IMG/VR virus record: IMGVR_UViG_3300010373_001364
Location: 112,116-176,115 of that record
Reading direction: 5' to 3' (one strand)
Origin: a virus
Lineage: Duplodnaviria; Heunggongvirae; Uroviricota; Caudoviricetes
Length of the DNA stretch: 64,000 nt
A program made the translations under genes and the position numbers. Shown here in pieces: positions 17,147 to 25,998 of this stretch. Positions within the stretch are counted from its first letter, which is position 1; each line of letters opens with the position of its first letter. A model generated the notes under the pieces. That model saw nothing but the letters and a program-made list of their open reading frames with translations. It searched no databases and was not told the DNA's origin.

Positions 17147-17745
17147 GGGGGTGCATCATTAGACTGGATCACATCGCTTACCGAGTTGCAGACCGTCAGA
17201 AGACAGCCGAGTTCTTCATGAGGGCTTTTGGCTATAGACTACAAAAGGAATTTGAGTTGGACTTCGGAGAGGGCGAGAAGAAGGTGAAGTGTCTTGCCTT
17301 GGAACCGCCTGAGAAAAAGAACTTACCTGCCAGCATCCTCCCCTGGACGTGTCATAACGTCGCCTACGAGGAAAAGGATACCTACATCCAAGAACATCTT
17401 CAGGAGTACCACATGCCTCCTGAAATTTTCGTAAGCGATGGCGATCCTGAGACTATTGTCGGCAAGTGGGTGGCGTCTCGCGGCGGCATTGGCGGTATTC
17501 ATCATCTAGCATATCAGGTTGAGTCCGTGCAAGACAAAATGGATGAATGGAAGGAGAAGGGTTATGCTGAATTCACCTCCGACAGTCCCTTCCAGTGCCC
17601 AGGACTAACTCAAGTATTTACCAAGCCAAGTTGTTTGACCGGCGTGATCTACGAGTTCATCACACGCGAGGACTTCGGCTTCTGTGCTGGCAATGTAAAA
17701 CAACTGATGCTTAGTACGGCTGAAGCAGACATCAAAATGGGGTGA
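17119..17745 (+). CDS. VOC (glyoxalase / bleomycin-resistance / dioxygenase) superfamily protein
   Basis: N-terminus IIRLDHIAYRVADRQKTAEFFMRAFGY matches the VOC beta-alpha-beta-beta-beta module start. Second module HHLAYQVESVQDKMDEW. Confidence 0.5.
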   Translation: MELDSGIEIRGCIIRLDHIAYRVADRQKTAEFFMRAFGYRLQKEFELDFGEGEKKVKCLALEPPEKKNLPASILPWTCHNVAYEEKDTYIQEHLQEYHMPPEIFVSDGDPETIVGKWVASRGGIGGIHHLAYQVESVQDKMDEWKEKGYAEFTSDSPFQCPGLTQVFTKPSCLTGVIYEFITREDFGFCAGNVKQLMLSTAEADIKMG

Positions 17746-17746
17746 C

Positions 17747-18004
17747 ATGGATCATAACTACAGATTGACGATCAGCGACTATGATGATCAGATTTATCTT
17801 GATGCTGATACCTGTCAACCATACCATCAACTAGACATCAAACTCAAAGTGTTGTTTGATGCCCAACACGACGGTCATCCTTGGACTGAAAGAGATATCA
17901 GGATGGCTGAACATGAGTTGATTGAGCGGGTTATGAATAAGCTTCGGCTCGCAGTCACAGGATTGGTGAATAAAACCAATCCTTTTGGATGTCATGGCTA
18001 TTAA
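17747..18004 (+). CDS. hypothetical protein (85 aa)
   Basis: ATG 1 nt after the upstream TGA. Confidence 0.45.
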   Translation: MDHNYRLTISDYDDQIYLDADTCQPYHQLDIKLKVLFDAQHDGHPWTERDIRMAEHELIERVMNKLRLAVTGLVNKTNPFGCHGY

Positions 18005-18013
18005 GAGGTGAAT

Positions 18014-18703
18014 ATGCCTCACCAAAAGGTGTTTGTTTACGCCCAGCCCCACGATGACCGAGGCTGGGATAAGGTATTGGTAATCAAGGAACCGAACAGA
18101 GATACCTTTACTTTGCCGCAAGGTGAGGTTCCAGAAGGTGAGTACCCTGAGTGGTTTGCTTATAAGGTGCTGGCGCAGACCGGCTTGGGACTTTACCCGG
18201 ACGACAGGATCGAAGGGATCGTGTTCAGGGAGCCTATGGAGTTCATTCGCCATCCACACCTCGAAGGCAAGGTGTTTGCCGGTGACATGGAGGTTTTCTG
18301 TTACAGCATGGAGGTGAATGAGCGCCGACCTCTTAACGGCAATGCCGTTTGGCTTCCGTGGTGGTCACTTCGCTGGGATGAGCGTGGGAGTACCATGATG
18401 AGGTTTATCATGGCTCTCCTTCATTCTGGTATATGCGGCTGGGAATTGAAGTTGAACGATCAGGGCAACTGGACACTACCTTACCTTTGCACCGAGGGCA
18501 GGAGAAACCACACCGTTGATGAGATTCTCTTAGGAGAAGTCAAGATGGAGGTGCATGATTCTCTCCAAGACATCATCAACAAGAGTACAGAGAGATGGTT
18601 GTCCCGTTTCAGAAAAGAAGAACCCAAGAAAGAGCCACCCCCGCCAAAGAACGAAAACTGGTTGACTCGTTTACTGCGGTGTTGGGGTATGTTAGGTTAC
18701 TAG
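18014..18703 (+). CDS. hypothetical protein with degenerate Nudix-box-like segment
   Basis: PQGEVPEGEYPEWFAYKVLAQTGL resembles Gx5Ex7REUxEExGU but lacks the REx2EE glutamates. C-terminal KKEPPPPK linker. Confidence 0.4.
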   Translation: MPHQKVFVYAQPHDDRGWDKVLVIKEPNRDTFTLPQGEVPEGEYPEWFAYKVLAQTGLGLYPDDRIEGIVFREPMEFIRHPHLEGKVFAGDMEVFCYSMEVNERRPLNGNAVWLPWWSLRWDERGSTMMRFIMALLHSGICGWELKLNDQGNWTLPYLCTEGRRNHTVDEILLGEVKMEVHDSLQDIINKSTERWLSRFRKEEPKKEPPPPKNENWLTRLLRCWGMLGY

Positions 18704-18710
18704 GAGGAAC

Positions 18711-19109
18711 ATGAATAGCATTAGGGTTAAAGACAAACTGTTGCGTGCCTGGTTGAAGGTGACGAAGATGGGATCGCCCAAGCCGGGCTATGTCACTATG
18801 CGTGCAGAGTTGTTTGATGGCACTCCATTCGAGTTCACGATCCCCGATCACGAATACGAAGATCAGGGTCCAGATTGCCCGCCTTTGGTTGAGGTTGGTT
18901 TGGTAGGGAACGTCGGCAACATCCCCACTTCTGGGATTGTGGAAATCATCCTGCCTGCTCCAGTCCTCGCCCAAGGTCACAATGTTCGTGTGAGCGACCA
19001 GTCTGTTTTGAAGTGGGAAGCATATTACAAACTTAAGGAAAGAGATGCTGCCACAAAGAAGGCTGAAGCCTTGATGAAGGAAGAGGCTCAAAAGAAGAAG
19101 AAAGGGTAA
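18711..19109 (+). CDS. hypothetical protein (132 aa)
   Basis: GGAGG RBS then ATG. Lys-rich C-terminal tail. Confidence 0.5.
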   Translation: MNSIRVKDKLLRAWLKVTKMGSPKPGYVTMRAELFDGTPFEFTIPDHEYEDQGPDCPPLVEVGLVGNVGNIPTSGIVEIILPAPVLAQGHNVRVSDQSVLKWEAYYKLKERDAATKKAEALMKEEAQKKKKG

Positions 19110-19111
19110 AA

Positions 19112-19450
19112 ATGATAGCAATCAGTGAACGTGCAGTTCAAGAGTTGCAAAGAGCTATTGCCGACCACAAGCAACAAGAGCCTGAAGTTGGTGAGGTCTA
19201 TGTCCGCATCGGCGTAAAGGGCGGTGGCTGTTCTGGCTATCAATACACCCTTTCCCTTGATGAAGGTGTCACCGAGAAAGATGAGATATTTGAAGTTAGT
19301 GGGCTAAAGGTTGCTGTGGACAATCGTTCTGCCCTTTACCTAGAGGGCACTGCGCTTCATTTTTTGGACGAACTCAACCGCCGTGGTTTCAAGTTTTCAA
19401 ACCCAAATGCAAAGAACACCTGCGGCTGCGGCTCCTCTTTTAGCATGTGA
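19112..19450 (+). CDS. Fe-S cluster A-type carrier (IscA/HesB/ErpA family)
   Basis: 112 aa. Characteristic GGGCSGYQY ... NPNA..TCGCGSSF with the three conserved Cys. Confidence 0.8.
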   Translation: MIAISERAVQELQRAIADHKQQEPEVGEVYVRIGVKGGGCSGYQYTLSLDEGVTEKDEIFEVSGLKVAVDNRSALYLEGTALHFLDELNRRGFKFSNPNAKNTCGCGSSFSM

Positions 19451-19451
19451 T

Positions 19452-19685
19452 ATGAAATACCCTACCTCGTTAGACATCCGTGCTGAAGATGGTCGGCTTT
19501 ACGGCACAGACGAATACGATCAGGACTGGTTAATTCGTTGGTGCGGTAATGGTCAATACTCCCATTGGGTATTATCGCCGCCAGGCGACCCGGATGGTAG
19601 AGGCTTTTATGTCTATGCTTATGACAAAAGGGGAATAGTAGAGCAAATCAGGGCAGCAGAACACCGCCACAAGATTTACTCCTGA
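19452..19685 (+). CDS. hypothetical protein (77 aa)
   Basis: ATG 1 nt after the upstream TGA. Confidence 0.45.
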   Translation: MKYPTSLDIRAEDGRLYGTDEYDQDWLIRWCGNGQYSHWVLSPPGDPDGRGFYVYAYDKRGIVEQIRAAEHRHKIYS

Positions 19686-19739
19686 CCTTTTGGCAGTAAA
19701 TGCTTGATTTCACCGGGAGTGCCGGGGTATCATGGGACT

Positions 19740-19934
19740 ATGAAGAACAGAATCCCGCAGCCCAGCATGAACGGACATCACGACCCCGCCGAACTGGAGA
19801 GAAAGAGGCATATTCGTCAACTCAGAGAGCGGGCGCGCAAGTCACTTTATCTCTGGTTCGGTTGTCTTTTAGGCATGGGAACTCTGGTCGTCTTGATCAC
19901 CCTCATCCTTTCTTTAATAGCAATTTCCAAATGA
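19740..19934 (+). CDS. small tail-anchored membrane protein (64 aa)
   Basis: Basic N-terminus then C-terminal TM LYLWFGCLLGMGTLVVLITLILSLIAI. Stop overlaps the next ATG (ATGA). Confidence 0.45.
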   Translation: MKNRIPQPSMNGHHDPAELERKRHIRQLRERARKSLYLWFGCLLGMGTLVVLITLILSLIAISK

Positions 19935-20410
19935 ACGATACCATTGAAGTCTGGCATCCCAAGATCGTCATTCCCTCCTCCCTCAAAGCTCCGATTGCCG
20001 ACTTTACCTTTGACTGGTCGCCCGGTAGATTCCGCGATGACTATGGGGTGGAACCCGTTAAACTTAATGGCGTGGAAGCTCTGTATGCTGACGGCATCTG
20101 TAGTTGGCATGATGATGAACATTTTCCCAACCAGTATAGTTTGCTTCTGGTGGTGAGAAATGATTTTGGTTCCTATGTAGAAGCGAGGGGTGAAACTCCT
20201 ATCAAGGAACAGCCTGTGGGTACGATGATTCTTCTCAACATTTGGAAGAAGCATCGCCTCTGGCACCCCAAGGGTAAAAGATCACCCGTTGGCGTTTATC
20301 TCGCCATGTGCATTGACACTGGTAAAAAGCCGAAATCCCGGCGTGAGTGTGAAGCCATGATGCGAGGGCACATGAAAGGTGTATATCTTCGTGAAGCTGC
20401 TCTTTTGTGA
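19931..20410 (+). CDS. hypothetical protein (159 aa)
   Basis: ATGA-coupled to the upstream gene. The longer 19700 alt-start ORF is probably spurious upstream of this ATG. Confidence 0.5.
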   Translation: MNDTIEVWHPKIVIPSSLKAPIADFTFDWSPGRFRDDYGVEPVKLNGVEALYADGICSWHDDEHFPNQYSLLLVVRNDFGSYVEARGETPIKEQPVGTMILLNIWKKHRLWHPKGKRSPVGVYLAMCIDTGKKPKSRRECEAMMRGHMKGVYLREAALL

Positions 20411-20792
20411 AAATTGTGCGGATTTGGTAGTACCTGACCAGAAGCCCAACAAGCCGACGTGGTGCAGGTGTCAGTCGGCTTGTTGTTGGTGGATTGACCC
20501 TCACGCTGGTCGTTTTGGTTGCTGGTCCGGTGCAGGTAAAGAAAATGTTTCGATCATTGGCATCAACAATGCCCTCTTGACCGAGCCTTTTTCCACCCAC
20601 TACAGTGAATCTACGGGCAAGACGCACGAATACGGTTGTATCCAAAAGGACAAGATGGAGCGGATGATCGATGAAACACCTGCTACCTACCTGTTTAGAC
20701 AAATTAGGTCATTGATTATCCGCATCCGCCCAGGTTTCAGCAACGATACGATCTTCACCACCCCCCCTTCTAACGCTGGCGTTGGAGGTTAA
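20379..20792 (+). CDS. hypothetical Cys-rich protein (GTG start, doubtful)
   Basis: No ATG near the 5' end. CENC...CRCQSACCW cluster. Converges on the minus-strand gene. Confidence 0.3.
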   Translation: MYIFVKLLFCENCADLVVPDQKPNKPTWCRCQSACCWWIDPHAGRFGCWSGAGKENVSIIGINNALLTEPFSTHYSESTGKTHEYGCIQKDKMERMIDETPATYLFRQIRSLIIRIRPGFSNDTIFTTPPSNAGVGG

Positions 20793-21748
20793 TCCTGATT
20801 ACCGTAAGGCTCACCACGCACATGCCAATGGTGAGCCTTACGATCACAATACCATTTGATCGTTTTCAACAGACCCTCTCGGTACGGGGTGAAGGGGTAA
20901 TTCCCCATCACTTGTTTGAACCGGGTAGGGTCTGTTGGCTTTCTATGCTGTCCATTGGGCTTATCCCTTTCCCAAACTATCTTGCCGTGAAACTCCATTA
21001 GGTCGGCGATAGTCCTCGCCACATCAGCTACGCTCACTTCTTCACCGGGAATCAACAGCTTGTCCGGCGTATCTTTTAAGAGAAGTTTAACAAGAATTTT
21101 GGCTAAGTCTTCCGAAAAGAGTAGTTCTCTTCTTGGCGATCCATCTCCCCAGATTCTCAAGGGAGTGCTAGTATATTTTGCCCTGTGGGTTTTGGCAATC
21201 AGTCCCGCAACAAAGTGTCCGTTGTCCAGATCGAAGTTGTCTTCCGGTCCATAGATGCTGACGGGTATGACAGTCAGGTCTTTGCGCCCATACAGTTTAT
21301 TATAGATGCCAATCTGAATATCTACCATGCGTTTCGCGTAGCCGTAGGCGAGGTTGCCTTCATAGGGTTGTCCGTCTTGGAGGTCATCCTCTTTGAAGGG
21401 GTAAACGCCGTCTTGGAAAGCACAGGCAGAGGAGAAGGCAATGATTTTTTTGACGCCGTAGTGGTGGGCGTAGTGGATCATGTGGTTGTTCATGAGAATG
21501 TTGTCCCTAAAGAGGACATCTGGGTGTTCCTTGTTGAACTTGACACCCCCAACCTTGGCAGCACAATGGATTACATAGTCAGGGCGCATCAGTTCATAAA
21601 GCGCCCTGACACTTTGCTCCCTGCGGAGATCGAAATCCGTTCGGTCGGACACACGGAGTTGCAATTCCTTGTATTCGTCTGTGCGAAGAAGATTATTTAC
21701 GGCGTGACCCACCATGCCGAGAGATCCGGTCACAAGAACTATTGCCAT
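20789..21748 (-). CDS. fcl: GDP-L-fucose synthase-like NDP-4-keto-6-deoxyhexose 3,5-epimerase/4-reductase (SDR)
   Basis: 319 aa. Collinear with E. coli Fcl: LVTGSLGMVGHAV, AAKVGG, YGYAKRM (YxxxK), SIYGPEDNF, PNGQHRK. Minus strand. Confidence 0.8.
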   Translation of the reverse strand: MAIVLVTGSLGMVGHAVNNLLRTDEYKELQLRVSDRTDFDLRREQSVRALYELMRPDYVIHCAAKVGGVKFNKEHPDVLFRDNILMNNHMIHYAHHYGVKKIIAFSSACAFQDGVYPFKEDDLQDGQPYEGNLAYGYAKRMVDIQIGIYNKLYGRKDLTVIPVSIYGPEDNFDLDNGHFVAGLIAKTHRAKYTSTPLRIWGDGSPRRELLFSEDLAKILVKLLLKDTPDKLLIPGEEVSVADVARTIADLMEFHGKIVWERDKPNGQHRKPTDPTRFKQVMGNYPFTPYREGLLKTIKWYCDRKAHHWHVRGEPYGNQD

Positions 21749-21770
21749 GTAGCCTCACTATTTTACTACC

Positions 21771-22706
21771 ATGAATTTCTCAATCATCCTAGCATCAAGA
21801 GAGCGTGTACATCTTCTTGATTCCTTGCTTAACAGCATTGTAAACACTACCGGCGATAGAAGCAACTGTGAAGTCATCTGTGTGGTAGACACTGATGATA
21901 GAGTTACCAAACGCTTCCTTGATAGGTTTAAGGTTACTTGTTCGTTTGCCAGGTTCATTGTCAGAGATCGCGCTCCTAACCTCAACGATGATTATCTGAA
22001 TTGGGCATGGCGCAACTTCTCGACAGGTAAGTACATCATCATTGTCAACGATGACGTGGTGTTCAAGACCCAAAATTGGGATCAGATCATCATGGCTCAA
22101 ATGAGCATGTACCTCGCTAACAAACCGGACGGAGTTGCTTACGGATGGATCGAGGAAGGCTTGAAAGATAGAGTGGCGGGAATGAAGTATTGCTGCTTCC
22201 CGCTAGTAACACGGAAAGCTGCGGATGTCCTGGGCTTTGTGATGCCGCCTGAATTTCCAGGCTGGGGCGCTGATATCGCCCTCTACCGTATTTACTCTGC
22301 CACTGGTCGTATCTTTGAGATCCCCGGAGTTAGCCTAGACCACATCTCTTACCATAATGGTTCAAGGAATCGGGATCACATTAGCCATAGTGTTGAGCAG
22401 AAAAGCGTGGGAACCATAAATCCCCTCACCACTTTCAATCCAGCGCCTTACATTGATAAGCTTCTCAAGTACATGGGCGGTGACAATTCACTGAGTAAAT
22501 CTGGGACTTTAACTGGAGTCACCATTACGGGAGCTACTCTGACCGATGTTACTTTGGTAGGGGGAAGGATAGTTGATGGAAGGATCGAGGGTGGCAGGAT
22601 AGAAGGAGGTAGAATTGAGGGCGGTGTTATCAAGGGTGGCAATGTTGATGGAGAAGTCAAGACCGGGTACATCAGTGGACCCGGTGATGTGAAGTTTGGT
22701 TTATGA
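21771..22706 (+). CDS. Glycosyltransferase-like N-terminal domain fused to C-terminal beta-helix (tandem G-G-R-I-E/V) repeats
   Basis: FSIILASRER...VICVVDTDD GT-A-like start. C-terminus TGVTITGATLTDVTLVGGRIVDGRIEGGRIEGGRIEGGVIKGGNVDGEV is encoded by near-identical 15-nt tandem units. Confidence 0.55.
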   Translation: MNFSIILASRERVHLLDSLLNSIVNTTGDRSNCEVICVVDTDDRVTKRFLDRFKVTCSFARFIVRDRAPNLNDDYLNWAWRNFSTGKYIIIVNDDVVFKTQNWDQIIMAQMSMYLANKPDGVAYGWIEEGLKDRVAGMKYCCFPLVTRKAADVLGFVMPPEFPGWGADIALYRIYSATGRIFEIPGVSLDHISYHNGSRNRDHISHSVEQKSVGTINPLTTFNPAPYIDKLLKYMGGDNSLSKSGTLTGVTITGATLTDVTLVGGRIVDGRIEGGRIEGGRIEGGVIKGGNVDGEVKTGYISGPGDVKFGL

Positions 22707-22790
22707 TAAAAACGGTAGGTATTGCAAAAAACTACCTGTGGGAGTCAAATCAAGGGGGATATTAGTAATTCCAACAACCACAGGTGATAC

Positions 22791-23318
22791 ATGAATGAAA
22801 CTGATCATGATCGCGCTTTATTTTACCTCAAGTTGGCTTATCAGGTTGCAGCAAAAGAAAGTACCGATCCCAGCACCCAAAATGGTGCTGTTTTGGTAAG
22901 CGCGTCTCGACCCGTGGAGGGCGATAAGACCGTTCGGGAGTTTGTTGCATCAGCCAATTTCTTCCCGCGTGGCGTTCAAGAGTCCCAGGAACGCTGGACC
23001 CGTCCTCTGAAGTACAAGTTTGTGGAACACGCTGAACGGAATGTCATCTACTTAGCGGCGATGCGTGGCTTCAAAACTGAGGGAGCGACCATGTATGTCC
23101 CTTGGTTTGCCTGTGCGGACTGTGCCAGGGCGATCATCCAAGCGGGGATTACAGAGGTGGTGGGACACGACTATCCACCCCACCGCGAGCAAACCAGTTG
23201 GAAAGAGTCCATTGAAGTCGCCGACAAGATGCTTGAGGAAGCTGGGGTGAAGTTCATCCGCATCCCCGGTCATTTTGGTGTAAAGATTCGCTTCAATGGT
23301 CAAGTGGTTGAGGTCTGA
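22791..23318 (+). CDS. dCMP deaminase (T4 cd-like, zinc-dependent)
   Basis: HAERNVIYLA (HAE) and PWFACADCARAI (CxxC) zinc and catalytic motifs. 175 aa. Confidence 0.85.
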   Translation: MNETDHDRALFYLKLAYQVAAKESTDPSTQNGAVLVSASRPVEGDKTVREFVASANFFPRGVQESQERWTRPLKYKFVEHAERNVIYLAAMRGFKTEGATMYVPWFACADCARAIIQAGITEVVGHDYPPHREQTSWKESIEVADKMLEEAGVKFIRIPGHFGVKIRFNGQVVEV

Positions 23319-24247
23319 ATACCACACCTGCTCAGTATGGTGAACCACCAGTTCTTCGGGCTGTAGTACATCTCTGATTTTCTCTTCCCGTTGGCAGCTA
23401 TCTCAGCTAGTTTCCCAGGCTGGCTGAGATAGTAGTTTACCTTGTCTACCAAATCTTCCTTGGAGACGAAAGGAACGTAGTCTTTGAACGGTTCAAACCA
23501 TTGACCCGTTCCCTGGTTAATGTCTTCCATCAACATCGCGCCGGAAAGAGTAACTTCCCAAATCCTGCCTTTCGTCTGATGTTTTCCGTCTCTGGTCTTG
23601 GAAAAGCTTAAGGATATCTTGGACTTCTGCATGACTTGTGCATAGTCTTGCGGCTTTAGGTTTTTCTCTCTTTGCCCGCCGTCTCTACAAATGCAAGCGT
23701 TCACGTTTGCCATGAGATGACTAATGCCCTCCTCTCGATCAGGATAGCCAGCCATTGACCCCGCGAAGGAGACATCTATGTTGCGTGGCATATTGTCGTC
23801 CTTGTAGATGCGCGTGTCCTGGGGTGTCCAGAGAGAAAGATATTTGTCATTTGGTATAAAAAATGGGGTATCCAGTATCAAGTTGAGAGCAGCATAACGC
23901 TCCATATGGCGTGCCCTGTCCATTATCTCCTTGTGAACAGCGTCAAACCAGATGAATGCAATGGGAGTTTTGCCACGGATGGTAGAGAGCGCTTTGTCTG
24001 TGGGATTGCTGTTAAAGCCCTTGGTAGGTAAAATGGTTACAACTACCAAATCTGGTGCCAACCTTCGATGATAGGTGATCAACTTGTCGTCTAGGTATTG
24101 CAGATTTTCTTCCAAGAAGAAATTCGAGTAGGTCGCTAGGCTAGAGCATTCCAGTGAACCGAACAGATTATGGTGACTGTTGCTTAACCAAGCTGGGTTG
24201 GCATCGGCATATTTCTCAGTGACAAACAAAACATGCGGCTTCTTCAT
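23300..24247 (-). CDS. CgeB-like glycosyltransferase (Glyco_trans_1_2-type C-terminal domain)
   Basis: C-terminal region VSFAGSMAGYPDR...ISLSFSK...RIWEVTLSGAML...YYLSQPGKLAEIAANGK resembles the CgeB/GT1-like family. Minus strand. Confidence 0.5.
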   Translation of the reverse strand: MKKPHVLFVTEKYADANPAWLSNSHHNLFGSLECSSLATYSNFFLEENLQYLDDKLITYHRRLAPDLVVVTILPTKGFNSNPTDKALSTIRGKTPIAFIWFDAVHKEIMDRARHMERYAALNLILDTPFFIPNDKYLSLWTPQDTRIYKDDNMPRNIDVSFAGSMAGYPDREEGISHLMANVNACICRDGGQREKNLKPQDYAQVMQKSKISLSFSKTRDGKHQTKGRIWEVTLSGAMLMEDINQGTGQWFEPFKDYVPFVSKEDLVDKVNYYLSQPGKLAEIAANGKRKSEMYYSPKNWWFTILSRCGIQTSTT

Positions 24248-24269
24248 ACTCTAATGTAGAAAGGCACAA

Positions 24270-24710
24270 GTGGAAAGCAGAGGTAAGACTCTTTTCATCG
24301 ACATTGATGGCACGCTCCTCAAGCACCAGAAAAACGCTTCTGGTGTTGTGCTTAATCGCTTCAATCCAGAAATCCTTGAAGGCGTCAGGGAAGCCTTCGA
24401 CAGGTGGTCTGGCAAGGGCTATCGCTTGATTCTGACCACCGGCAGAGGCGAGAGTATGCGAACCATCACCGAACAGCAACTCACTGAAGTGGGTTTGTTC
24501 TGGGATGTTTTACTTATGGGGATCGGTGGCGGGGAGCGAATCCTGATCAATGACATGGCTTATCCACAGCAACCCAAGGCGGTAGCGATCAATGTGGAGC
24601 GCGACGCAGGGTTTGTGAACATCGATGAACTCTATCACGAAGCCAAGCTTGCTGCGGGTGCCCAACCGAAGCACATAAATAAGAACATCATTGAGAAGTA
24701 CGAGATATGA
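24270..24710 (+). CDS. HAD-superfamily phosphatase
   Basis: Motif I FIDIDGTL. Motif II ILTTGRG. 146 aa. GTG start. Confidence 0.6.
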   Translation: MESRGKTLFIDIDGTLLKHQKNASGVVLNRFNPEILEGVREAFDRWSGKGYRLILTTGRGESMRTITEQQLTEVGLFWDVLLMGIGGGERILINDMAYPQQPKAVAINVERDAGFVNIDELYHEAKLAAGAQPKHINKNIIEKYEI

Positions 24711-24871
24711 AAAAAGAAGAATATGAGGAGTGCAAGGCTTTACTGGATGCTTGGTTCGAGGACGAAAAGTACGCCGAGCAAGGTCACTTCGGCAGGGCAC
24801 TCTGGGCTGTAAGGAAGCTTGCTGCATCTTTGGGTTACAAAGTTGTTTCAGAGGTGAATTATGAGGGTTGA
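24707..24871 (+). CDS. hypothetical small protein (54 aa)
   Basis: ATGA-coupled at both ends between the HAD and DegT genes. Below the ORF-track length cutoff. Confidence 0.3.
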   Translation: MKKEEYEECKALLDAWFEDEKYAEQGHFGRALWAVRKLAASLGYKVVSEVNYEG

Positions 24872-25997
24872 ATTCGGGGAATTGAGAATCGGTGAGAGGG
24901 CAAAGCAAAACCTTCTCCACTGTATTGAAACCCATTGGGCATCAGGCGGACCCAAGGTGAAGGAGTTTGAGGAGAGGTGGAGCAAGCTCTTTGACTACGG
25001 CTACAGCAAGGCGATGTCTTCTGGGACGGATGCTTGCATCAATGCTTGCATGGCTCTCTATGACTTCGGTGCCCAACGCGGTGACGAGATCATCGTCCCA
25101 GCCCTCTCCTTCATTGCTACCTCCAATGCTGTTCTTGCAGCGGGCTTCAAGCCGGTGTTTGTGGATATTGAACGGGAAACCCTGAACATCGATCCCAAGA
25201 AGATCGAGGCGAAGATCACACCGAAGACTCGCGCCATCATGTGTGTTCACACGATGGGCAAACCCTGCGAGATGGACGCCATCATGAACATCGCCTGGAG
25301 ATACAAACTCTTGGTGATCGAGGATTCCTGTGAGGCTCATGGTGCTAAGTACAAGGGTGAATACATCGGCAAGCACGGTGATATGGCTTGTTTCTCCTTC
25401 TATGTTGCTCACCTGATTTGTTGTGGCGAGGGCGGCATGGTCAGCACCGACCACAAGGAGTTCGCAGATGTCCTGAACAGTACCCGCACTCATGGTCGCA
25501 AGAATGGCGATCTTTATTTTAACCATGTTCGCTTCGGGTTAAACTCCAAGATGAATGATCTGGAGGCTTCCTTGGGGTTGGAGGCGGTTGAACCACAGAC
25601 CTTCTGGTGGGTCTTCAACACCCGCAAAGACAATTTGGTCTATCTACTTGAGGGTATGCGTGACCTTGAGGAACATTGCTTTTTTAACAAGGAAGAGAAG
25701 TATGAAGTCAACTGCCCCCACGCTTTCAGCATCGTGCTGAAAGATCCGGTACGCCATCCAATGAAAGAGCTTTACGCCTTCTTAGAGCAAAACTCGATCA
25801 AGGCGAAGAGGAACTTTGGTTGCATTCCTACCCAGCAGGGGAGTTTCGCCTGGATGGGACATAAGCTGGGCGAGTTTCCAGAGGCAGAATATGTTGGTGA
25901 TAATGGTTTGCACTTCGGCTGTCACCAATTCCTGAAAAAAGATGACTTGGACTACATAATCTCGATAGTTCATGATTGGTTCAAGTTGAAGGGATGA
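24861..25997 (+). CDS. DegT/DnrJ/EryC1/StrS-family PLP-dependent nucleotide-sugar aminotransferase
   Basis: 378 aa. Family hallmarks ASGGPKVKEFEERW, IIVPALSFIATSNAV, MGKPCEMDAIMNIA, DSCEAHGAKY and lysine-containing FSFYVAHL region. Confidence 0.85.
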   Translation: MRVEFGELRIGERAKQNLLHCIETHWASGGPKVKEFEERWSKLFDYGYSKAMSSGTDACINACMALYDFGAQRGDEIIVPALSFIATSNAVLAAGFKPVFVDIERETLNIDPKKIEAKITPKTRAIMCVHTMGKPCEMDAIMNIAWRYKLLVIEDSCEAHGAKYKGEYIGKHGDMACFSFYVAHLICCGEGGMVSTDHKEFADVLNSTRTHGRKNGDLYFNHVRFGLNSKMNDLEASLGLEAVEPQTFWWVFNTRKDNLVYLLEGMRDLEEHCFFNKEEKYEVNCPHAFSIVLKDPVRHPMKELYAFLEQNSIKAKRNFGCIPTQQGSFAWMGHKLGEFPEAEYVGDNGLHFGCHQFLKKDDLDYIISIVHDWFKLKG

Positions 25998-25998
25998 A

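Noticed and set aside
21185-21820. 211-aa + strand ORF inside the fcl-like locus
   Set aside because: Antisense to the minus-strand gene that aligns end-to-end with GDP-fucose synthase.
22707-22790. Weak hairpin (GGTAG-13 nt-CTACC) upstream of the dCMP deaminase gene as a terminator
   Set aside because: Only a 5-bp stem and no U-tract. More likely fortuitous.
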